DNA from: Gekko japonicus
Taxonomy: Eukaryota
Direction: 5' to 3'
Length of the DNA: 64,000 nt
NCBI RefSeq assembly: GCF_001447785.1
Contig: NW_015172010.1
Location: 1,282,731-1,346,730 of the forward strand
Shown here: positions 1 to 9,900 of the stretch, in pieces
Layout of the letters: the number at the start of each line of letters is the position of its first letter
Position numbering within the stretch: position 1 is the first letter of the stretch
Notes under the pieces: model-generated
Seen by the model: the letters and a program-made list of their open reading frames with translations, nothing else
What the model was told of the DNA's origin: nothing
Database searches by the model: none
Translations under genes and position numbers: made by a program

Positions 1-225
1 GGAGCCGCGGTCGCCCGGGCCGAGATTGGGGGGGCAAGGCGGGCGACAGAAGGCCGATGCCTCCGTCGCCCTGCCCTCTACAGAATCCACCCCCCAAACC
101 TCCAGGTATTTCCCTCCTTAGAGCTGGCAATCCTACTTTCCCCTCAGTGCCTGTTGGTAGGCATCTAAGCTTGGTCCTGTCACCTACTTTGGCCTTTGGG
201 AGAAAACACATTGGGGCCAGTCCTG

Positions 226-760
226 ATAGGGTTGCCAACTCCAGATGGGAAATTCCTGGAGATTTGAGGGATGGAGCCTGAAGAGGGTGAGGTTTGAGGA
301 GGGGTGGGACCTCAGACAGGTACACTGCCATAGACTCCACCCTCCAAACCAGTCAGTCTCACATAGGGAACCATTGTTGCCAATCTCCAGGTGAGGGCTG
401 GAGAGCACTCAGTATTACAACTGCTCTGTAGAAGGGAGGGCAGAAGTCAGCTGAAGTCAAAGGGGCAGATAATGGTAGGTTGATGGTTAGCTGGGAAGGA
501 GATGAGGTTGCCAACTCCAGGCTGGCAAATTCCTGGGGATTTGAGGGGTAGAGCCTGGAGAGGGTGGAGTTTGCAGAGGGGTGGGACCTCAGACTGGTAG
601 AATGCCATAGACTCCACCCTCCAAACCAGCAATTTTGTCCTGGGTAACAATTGTTGCCAATCTCCAGGTGAGGGCTAGAGATCACTCAAAATTACAACTG
701 CTCTTCAGGTAGCAGAGCTCAGTTCCTCTAGAGAAAACAGTGGACTCTGTCATTATACCC
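226..760 (+). repeat. Two tandem copies of a GGTTGCCAAC-terminated squamate repeat (MITE-like), plus an inverted partial copy at about 80-135
   Basis: Units start at about 226 and 504 and share ~200 bp; paralogous spurious ORFs 184..408 and 359..685. Confidence 0.75.
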
Positions 761-879
761 TGCTGAGGTCACCACAGCAAATTGACACTGTTTGCCCATA
801 GCCAGAGCACTGCCCCAGAGCCTCTTTCTAGAACTGGTTGTATTTATTTCCACAACAGGCCTTATTTCTAGTTACAGTA

Positions 880-2000
880 GAAAACAGATCACACATAAAC
901 GCAGCCCGTGGGGCAAAATATACATGTTTTCGATTTGGGGATTATCCAGCTCCTCCAGAACAGCATAATTGCTCTCTTAATTTAACTAGCGAAGAAGAAC
1001 GATGCAGACAGAGCGCACGAGAGAGCGACTATAGCAAAGATATCGTGGTATTTTCTCCTTCAGATCTCACGTTATTTGAAACCCAGATGCCGGCAGCATC
1101 CCGTAATAAGGGCGCAAGCAAAGAGTTACGGTGGTGCGTGCGTCTCTAGAAGACGTCTGGTTCCCGTATGTGGATAGTAAAATCTATTATGTAAAACGCC
1201 AAAGTAGTGGGAATATAGAATTAAGGGGCAAATAAAACAGGCAGGTTTACAGACTCTTTTTCTTCTTGCTGAGTTTTGAAAAAATCGTACTGTTTACCAA
1301 AGGGCTGCATTTTTTTCCTGGCAGGGCTGGCTTTTGTACAGGGAGAAATGCGGTGGCTAAACTGGCAGCGAATTTCCGAAGTGTTTATTCTTTATAACTC
1401 TTACTTATTATGAGCCGAACAAATAAAACGTGTATCTATTAAATCACTAACTGTAATAGCTCTGCTATCTGCCTTATTATTCCAGGCGATATTTAACCAG
1501 GGTTCAGCTTCCATTTTGTTGCAGATTTTTTAAGCCAGTGAGGGAGAAAACTCATCCAGTGGAGGGGTGATGCGTTATTATTTCAAAGCATTACGACAGA
1601 TGTGAATTCTGCCGATGTTGTTTAAATTCTTACGTCGCATTTGTCCACATAGACTTAATAAGAACCGGACGTGCGCATTGTGATGAAGGTTTGTTTTTTC
1701 TCTTGGTGAGGGAGTCGTTTCCTTCTTCCGGTGCTGCTGTGGAGTCTAGGTTGCCCTTTTTCCTGTTCGCCATGTGTGTAAGGAAATCAACCGCAGATTA
1801 TCGCTGCTTGGACTGAGTTCTCTGCCCGTAGCCCGCAGGTGCTTTGTTTGGGGGAAGAAGGGAGTCGTCAGGCTGCATGTTTGTTACGAGCTGGTTTGGT
1901 TTTGGTTTTGTGTCTCCCCCCCTCCATATCTTGAGGGAGCTGAATAAGTGCTTGCCGGTAGTGCGTGCATCTGGTCGTGATGGTGTTGTACTTGAGGGAT
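880..2000 (+). promoter_or_regulatory. CpG-rich region, probable TSEN2 promoter / non-coding first exon
   Basis: CpG density is far above the intronic background. ETS-like CTTCCGG at about 1724, GTGCGCAT at about 1670, CGCCAT at about 1769. The first coding exon has a splice acceptor, so an upstream 5' UTR exon is implied. TSS not determinable. Confidence 0.5.
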
Positions 2001-2065
2001 CTAGGCATGCTGGGGCGGGGGACTTGCAGGTTGTTCTGTCTTTCACAAAAGCCATTTGAACACAA

Positions 2066-2268
2066 GTGAAGCTGCCTTATACTGCATCAGACCCTAGATC
2101 CACCAAGGTCAGTATTGTCTACTCCGGCTGGCAGCAGTTCTCCAGGGTCTCAGGCAGAGATCTTTCACATCACCTGTTGCCTGGTCTTTTTAACTGGAGA
2201 GATACCAGGGATTGGACCTGGGACCCTCTGCATGCCAAGGAGATACTCTACCACTGAGCCACAGTCCT
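2066..2268 (-). mobile_element. tRNA-derived SINE (tRNA-Ala-like head). Related copies at about 4085-4248 (+), 29635-29805 (+), 32675-32870 (-)
   Basis: Minus strand reads TGGCTCAGTGGTAGAG (A box)...CAGGTCCAATCCCTGG (B-box-like), body, then AAGGCAGCTTC tail; repeated four times in the window. Confidence 0.75.
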
Positions 2269-2895
2269 TTCTCCTTTTGTATGTATTGTAGATACTGTCC
2301 CTATGTAGGGGGATGGCTCTTTTTAACACAATTTGGGATGTGCAGAACAAGGATGGTGAAAAGGCAAACATATATACATTCTTTTTGTTTTTGTGATTTT
2401 TGCTGAAAAGGCGAAATTTATTTTGAAATTGTATGCTGCTTTAGCAAGACAGGACTTCAGAGCTATTGACTGGAATATACACACATATAAAGAGATTTTT
2501 CCTACTTTAAATAATCTATGAGTGGAGTGTATATATGAGAGAAGGCAATGACTCAGGTAATTTTTTTCACAGAAGTTCTGTCTGTTCAACACCTCACCAC
2601 TAACTTTCAGAAGAAAAAAAATGTGATCATTTTTTTTTAGAAGAAGGGCTCCTTGCTCAGTGATGAAATGTATATTTTTGTTTTCCTGGACTACAACTTT
2701 AATTACTGCTGTCTCTGAAATCCCGCCTGAGAAAGGCATGCAGGAATAAATGTTGGTCTTTAAGGTGCTGCTGGAGTTCTATTTTTCTTTGCTACAGTAG
2801 ACTAGTAAGGCTGCCTCCCTGGAATTTCTTTGGAGAGTCAAGTCAGAGGACCTATTACTAGGCTAGAAGCCTGTGGTCTTGATATAAGCCAATTT

Positions 2896-3087
2896 CAGGC
2901 CGTAGCTGAATCTTGGGGCTAGGCCCCCTGACTTACTAGCAAGGCCCCCTGACTTCCTATTCAGCCCAGGGCCCTCGAGCGGCGGCAGATGTGGGGAAAG
3001 AGCCATGTATTCCTTTAATTAGATTAGCCAGTGCCCCCTAAGAAATTTAAAAAACCCCTGACTTTAAAAATCCTGGCTGCAGGCCTG
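2896..3087. mobile_element. hAT-type MITE (192 bp)
   Basis: CAGGCC...GGCCTG termini; perfect 8-bp TSD GCCAATTT (2888-2895 / 3088-3095). Confidence 0.85.
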
Positions 3088-4366
3088 GCCAATTTCACCT
3101 ATACATAGCTTCCTTTCCCCCAAAAGTGTTGTATATGTGGGGTGATTGTGCTGACAGGGCTCCTCCATAGTAAAATCTCTTTGTTGTTATTATTAACTAT
3201 ATGTATAGGTCCCCTTCAATAGACCTCCAGTGAACGATGCAGTAGGACTAGGACTACAGAATGGGAAAACAATGCAAACCCCCGCCCCCCGCAAAACTGT
3301 CTAGGGCAACAAGAACTGTCTGAGCCATAAGATATCACAATGAAGAAAGGGGACAAAAGAGGACATTGTAGTTAAAAAAGGGAGGTTATATAACACTAAA
3401 GTAGATTACAATATTATCCTTTGTAGAAACAACCTCCTGAGCGGAACCATTATAGTACTGTTCTAATCTCTCCTTATATATAATTGAATAGTGGGTGCCA
3501 AAGTTCTAATTCTAAAATGCACTCCCTTAGTGTATGGCTGATGGCACTGCTCCTCAGCATATATCGCCACCAATCAGAAGGCAAAGCCCGGGTCCCGCCC
3601 ACACCACAACTGCTGCGACAACCTGGTCTTTTGCATATGGAAGCTGATTGGACTTCAGTCCATTCCACACCTCAAACCCCCCCCCCCCGCAAGGCAGTTA
3701 GAATTTTTACTTGCATAACATAGCTCATAGGGGAGAGGAGAATGGGTAACAATGGTGACCACTTTCCAGGTGAGGGCTACAGATAACTCAAACATACAAA
3801 CTGACACTGTTTGCCCAAAGCCAGAGCACTCTCCCAGAGCCTCTTTCTAGATCCCGTTGTATTTATTTCCGCAACGGGCCTTATTTCTAGTCCCTTTATA
3901 AAAGTGCTTCCTTGATATATCTGTTTTGCACATTCTGTGAAATAATGGAGGAGGGGGCTTCTGGCGACCTCTGACAGGCTGTTCCATGAGGTGGAAGTCA
4001 CCACAGTGAATGGTTACGAATGAGCAGTTGCTGATCGTACCATTTCAGAAATATTTGCTGAGTTCTCGGGGGAAAGGGGGATGAGCATGTGGCTGAGAAG
4101 CAGAATATCTGCTTTGCTCATAGAAAGTCCTTGGTTCAGTCCTAGACATCTTGAGTTAAAAATAGAACATCTCTACTGGAGATCCTGCAGATCTGCCAGT
4201 TAGAATAGGAAATACTGACCTCGATAGACCAGTGGTCTGACTCAGTAGACCTGCTCACAAGTTACAGGGAATACATATATAATCTGTGTACAGTGTACAC
4301 TTTAAAAAATACATACATTGAATAATTCTCATGTTATATTCAACACATACAGGTAAATGTGTGGTA

Positions 4367-4706
4367 AAGGTTCCCTTGCTCGAAAGCCAGTCGAATCCGA
4401 CTCTAGGGTTGCGGTGCTCATCTCCGTTTCATAGCTGAAGAGCCAGCGCTGTCCGAAGATGTTTCCGTGGTCATGTGGCCGGCATGACTAAACACCAAGG
4501 CGCACGGAACGCTGTTACCTTCCCACCGAAGTGGTACCTATTTATCTACTTGCAATTTCTTGCTTTCGAACTGCTAGGTTGGCAGGAGCTGGAACTAGAG
4601 ACGGGAGCTCACTCCATCATGCGGCACCCGGGTCTCGAACTGCTGAACTACTGACCTTCCACAGCCTGCAGTTCAGCGTCTTAACCACTTGAGCCACCGC
4701 AGCTCC
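4367..4706 (-). mobile_element. Sauria SINE, full length
   Basis: Head GGAGCTGCGGTGGCTCAAGTGGTTAA, ACCTTT tail; 13-bp TSD TAAATGTGTGGTA (4354-4366 / 4707-4719). Confidence 0.9.
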
Positions 4707-4821
4707 TAAATGTGTGGTACAAACTCCTTATTCTGCAGATGCTCCATTGGCCACCCATCTGTTATCAGGCTCATTTTAAGGTATTGGCTATTACATACAA
4801 AGCCCCTTGTGGCCTTTTAGG

Positions 4822-5030
4822 GGGGGCATCAAGTCATAGCTGACTTATGGTAACCCCATATGGTTTTCAAGGCAAAAAAATGTTCAGAGATGGTTTGCCG
4901 TTGCCTACCTCCATATCCCAACCCTGGTATTCCTTGGTGGTCTCTGATTCAAATACTGGCCAGGGCTAACCCTGCTTAGCTTCTGTGATCTGACAAGGTC
5001 AGGCTAGCCTGCCGCTGTCCAGGTCAGGGC
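4822..5030 (-). mobile_element. 5S rRNA-derived SINE
   Basis: Reverse complement has a 5S-like segment (CAGATCACAGAAGCTAAGCAGGG...AGTATTTG) followed by an RTE-like tail. Confidence 0.75.
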
Positions 5031-6171
5031 TTCATGGCTTTGTTGCGTGGTTTGCAGATAAATAAATAAATAATATTTATCCAGGTCCTTGGTTTCAGTT
5101 GCAAAGTGAATGCATGTTGGCTGTTTCTTATAAACCAATGTACGTACAGGATATATGTGCATTCATTGTAACATATGAACAGGGCTAGTCTAAAGGCAGC
5201 TTCCTGTAGCCACTTTGGTGGCCCTGATTGGGCATAAAGGTGGAATGTAAAATTTGTAAATAAATATTCTAAGAATCAACAGGAAGCTGCAAAAAGTGAG
5301 GTCAGATGGCAGGACATCATACTTTCAAAATCAGCTTAGCTTCATTCCCACATGCTTGTCTTCGCACAAAACATGTTAGATGGTTATAAGGGTCAAATAC
5401 TTGTCTAAAAGTCTGGATGCATGTGGCTTGGCTGGAGCTTGGTGTGGACAACTAGGCTGCACATGAATGTGTGAGCAATACCAAGGATGGAACTTCGAGC
5501 ATCACCAGCGTTGCTGGCCACCAAACCATGCTGAGAATAAAAATTAAAAAGGTCCCCAAGCAAAAATTACTTCACAGTGAACTATTAAATGAATCCACCA
5601 AGGAACCTCAAGCAAACGAGTTGAGGCATATGGTACTAAGAAAAGATGTGTATAAATGCACAGATTCTCCTCTATTGCTAGGCCACCAGCAAAATTCTAT
5701 CCTGATCTCAAATGTGGTAATTGACAGTGAAGGAAGTTCACAGTTTGAGTGAACATTGCCTTCCCTCTCTGACATATCTCATGAACATTCCACCTCTCAA
5801 TGATCTTATAATATGTCAGACCCGGTTGGCCTCTTTGATTCAGCCACGAGAAATAAAAATAAGTTGCTTCACTATTCATGTATTTATTATGCTGTTTATT
5901 TAGTATATTTTTATCCCATATTTCTCCTTGATAGGGATCTGCAATGGCTTACTAAAATACACCTTTAGACACATTTATACAAAAGAGTATAAAAAACAGA
6001 CAAGAGACAAAATGTAAACATGATATCCTCGGTTGATGCATACCAGGTTCATCCATCTGCCCAATGCACTGGTTGGAATCCAAGGGCCAAGAGGCCTTAA
6101 GTTCACACCCCCATCTGGGCCTAGGCTACATATAACTGCAGAAGGGAGAGGCAGAAAAAACACTCGGACTA

Positions 6172-6459
6172 GGACCGATTCTGCAAAAGCAGTTATTGTG
6201 CCCTCGGTCTCCTGTTTCCCCTGGTTGTACTGTACAATTTCCCACTATTTGCTGCATGGCTGCATTTTGACCCACATCTGCCCCTGATTTCCCCACGTCT
6301 TCTTGATCCTAAAAAATAAGGATCAAGAAGATGGGGGGGATCGGGGGGCGGAGATGTGGGTCAAAATGTGGTCACGCAGCAAATAGTGGGAAATTGAGCA
6401 GTACGACTGAGGGAAACAGGAGACCAAGGGCAGAACAACTGCTTTTGCGGAATCGGTCC
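6172..6459. mobile_element. Fully palindromic MITE (~288 bp foldback)
   Basis: GGACCGATTCTGCAAAAGCAGTT...AACTGCTTTTGCGGAATCGGTCC; arms pair inward to a short central loop at about 6310-6317. Confidence 0.85.
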
Positions 6460-6801
6460 AGGTCTTTCGAACTGCAGCCATCCTCCTTTAATTCCCCCTC
6501 CCGATGTAAGCTACTCTGGGAATGACAGATGAGAGGGAATGACTTGTAGGCAAGGATCGTTCTGATGCCTTACTCCATACGCATCAGTTATTGTATATTT
6601 GCTGGCAAATCAGGGGCATGCATGTCTATGGTCCACAAACAACTTAGACTGGCATTCTCTAATGCATCTTTGTTCTATTGAAATTAATGTGTAATCAACT
6701 CAAAGAAAAGTGTGCTGACTTAAGTGACTAGTGTCAAAAGTATTCCATGTTATTTCCTTTCTGCATAGATGACTGTTGCTGAGGGAGAAGGATAATACAA
6801 A

Positions 6802-6990
6802 ATGGCAGAAGCAGTTTTCCGTCCCCCAAGAAGGAAGAGAAAAGTTTATGAATCCTATGATTCTCCTTTTCCTATTTCTGCTCCCCAGGATGGGGTTTAT
6901 GGGAGAGAGGACAAAATATGCCAAGCTGAAATTATTAACAAAAATGTAATTGTGAAGAATCCTGAGGATATAGCACAACTGTATAGCAAG
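6802..6990 (+). CDS. TSEN2: TSEN2 first coding exon (acceptor AG at 6767-6768, ATG 6802)
   Basis: [14 protein letters not shown]...AQLYSK|gtagta; 189 nt. Confidence 0.95.
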
Positions 6991-9900
6991 GTAGTATTAT
7001 CTGTTCGGTCTCTCTAATTTGTGGAACCTCTGACATTTTAAACAATTTACACTGGATTATGACAGAGCTTAATTTCTTTATGTAACAAATATTTTTCATG
7101 AAATCATTTTGCCTACCCTGTTAAGATATTTTGGGTAATGAAACAGTTTTTAGCAGTTAACCTAATGAACATTTTTATTCTCATTTGAATAGTTGAGAAT
7201 GCATTCTAGTTAGGCTAACTACATTGGTTTGGACATTCCAAATAGGCTTGCCAGATAGTGGTGCAGATGAAACATGGATCTGCTCTGTTTCATTAGTTTT
7301 CTGCTCCATCTTACCTTCCCTCTCCTTTGCTGCTTGCTGTAGATGTGATTTAAAGTCTCAGTCCCCCATAATGTAAGAAAGGGCAGACAGTTTGGTGGAA
7401 GCTGGAGGCAAACTTTTGTTTCATATCAGAGCACCTCTGTGCTCAAAATGCCTGTAGGTTTGCTTTAATGCGTTTTGGGAACATTGGAGTTCAAAGAGGA
7501 AACCCCAGTTCTTAAAATTAACAGCATGTTAAAGATGCAACTCTGAATCACTTGTACGTCTTCTTGAGATCCAGTTAAGGTTTATGTTGCATGCTGAACT
7601 AGATTGTTGGCTTTTAGTAACACTGATCTGTTCTCTCTTTTTTAAGGGTTTTTTTGGGAAAGGTATTCTTTCAAGAAGTCGACCAGAATATGGTATTTCA
7701 GAACCAGCACTGGTTGTTAAGTGGCAAGGTAGATTTGTAGTCCAACTATTATACACTTTGCTCTCTCTTTCTCTCAGCCACTTGAGCCACCACAGCTCCT
7801 CAAAATAACTGTAGGTTTGCTTTAATGAGTTTTGGGAACTTTGGAGTTTAAAGAGGAAACCCCAGTTCTTAAAATTAACAGAATGTTAAAGATGCAACTC
7901 TGAATCACTTGTACGTCTTCTTGAGATCCAGTTAAGGTTTATGTTGCATGCTGAACTAGATTGTTGGCTTTTAGTAACACTGATCTGTTCTCTCTTTTTT
8001 AAGGGTTTTTTTGGGAAAGGTATTCTTTCAAGAAGTCGACCAGAATATGGTATTTCAGAACCAGCACTGGTTGTTAAGTGGCAAGGTAGATTTGTAGTCC
8101 AACTATTATACACTTTGCTCTCTCTTTCTCTCAGCCTTTCAAACTGTGATGGCCGGGAGAGTACCATGTAGCACAGCAGCGCAACTTGGCTTCTCTTGCC
8201 CCTCAAGGTGAAAAGGGAGGCCAACTTACAAAACTTTTATCTGCAAGGGTATTATAGTGCCACTTTTGAGGTGGCTATCAGGTGCCTTTTTCCCGCGCAT
8301 GCACTCCCACTTCTTTTCTACCCCATCCACAGTCCAGCTGCATTAGCTCAAAGCTTTCCATCATCTCAGGCCCAAGTGTGCTCCTGTGCCCCAAGCCATC
8401 TCTTGCTCGCCTCTCCTCTCCCAAGGGTTTATTATTTATTTCCTTCCTTTTGGAGCCCCACCTTTCTCCCCAATAGGGACCCAAAGCAGCTTACATCATT
8501 CTCCCCTCTTCCATGTTGTTGTCAGGGTGACCTGTGCTTGGCTGGGGTGAGTGTTTAGTGTGTGTGTTTAGCTGGGGAGGCAGGATTAGGGTGTCTGCAG
8601 CAACATGGCCAAGGGTGGTCAGCTGAGGCTGCAGCTGTGGTAGATCAGCTGGGTTACAGAGGTAGGGGAAGCTGTGCAGCAGCTTTTGTTGTCCTCCAGG
8701 GCATCTGTCCACCCCCTTTCCCCAAACCTCCACTGTTGTTGCTACTCTGAAGAGGAGTAGGGTGGACGGTTTTATTGTAATTATTTCCTAAGGGCATATG
8801 CAGCCAGCCCTTTTGTCCATAATGCCAATAGTAAATAGCACTTGTTTTCATATGGGGCAAGAAGAGAGAAGAAAAGCAGGGCTTGATCCAATGGCTTTAC
8901 CGCTTTTCTTCATCATCACTTTGCCTGTCCGCACGGAAAGGCTGGTGATGCAGTTATGTTAAAAATCAGGGGGGAAACATACAAACCAGATCTTTAAACT
9001 GATGGATGGGGAAAAGAACAAACACTGGGGTGCAATGGTTGTGCAAAGATGTCATCTAGATTAACAACTGGGCAAACAAACAATGTCGGTTCAGGAGAAA
9101 AGGACTCGTGTGCTGCAGTTGCTCTAGTATGAAATTATTCTTTGAAGGTCATATCCAGACTGTTTCGTGCTTTGACGCTTTATGCAGAATACAAAAGTAT
9201 GCTTCTTTAAATTGCAGATGCCAGGTTAAACATGCCCGTAATCTCGTCAAAAAAGTAAGTACAGTTCCCTTGCTTTGTTGACTTGAACTGTAACTGATAT
9301 ATTAATCAACAGTGAACACTTACCAATCAGTTGGCTTTAACATTAAATTAACATTAAGTTAAAAAATATGAGGTAATATTTCATAACGTAGCTTGTCCTG
9401 TTAAGAGAAGAAACCCAGTGGAACATTTCCTCATAGCTGGATTCTTCAAAACACACACAGACACACACACACAGTATGCTTCTTATCATTTACCACAGAG
9501 GCCCCCAACCTTTTTGAGCCTGCAGACACTTTTGGAATTCTGACAGAGTGGTGAGTGCAACCACAAAATGCCTGCTGCAGGAGGTGGAGCCGTCCATAAA
9601 ACGTCAGGCTTATGCAGGGCTATTTTTGGACAGGAACGCACAGGAAAGGAGTTCCGGCTCTCTCCCGAGTTGGCCACGCCCAACAGCAGAAACCCATTAG
9701 GATTGGCTACAGTGGTGTATGGCCTAACATGCAAAGGAGTTCCTGCTACAAAAAAAGCCCTGGGCTTTGACAACAAACAAGGTAAACAGAATAAGAAGCA
9801 AAAGGTCGGTGTGGCTGGATGTCCACACTTCTGGTAACATGGGGGTGCGGCCTAATAAGCTAATGAGCTGTGCCTTCAGGGGTGTGGCCTAATATGCTAA

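Larger units (their letters stand above)
7442..8136 (+). repeat. Tandem duplication, 338-bp unit (7442-7779 and 7799-8136), containing a TSEN2 exon
   Basis: Direct comparison: offset 357, six substitutions all in the first ~85 bp, 19-nt filler between the units. Confidence 0.95.

Noticed and set aside
838-1149. 103-aa ORF in the CpG-rich 5' region
   Set aside because: Non-ATG start, no recognisable motif or splice context; likely non-coding promoter sequence.
2195-2268. tRNA-Ala gene (tempting inside a tRNA-splicing gene)
   Set aside because: Stems and B box are degenerate, and it is attached to a repeated SINE body found four times in the window.
7529-8224. Duplicated minus-strand ORFs (75 and 112 aa)
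   Set aside because: Antisense shadows of the duplicated TSEN2 exon region, with no independent support.
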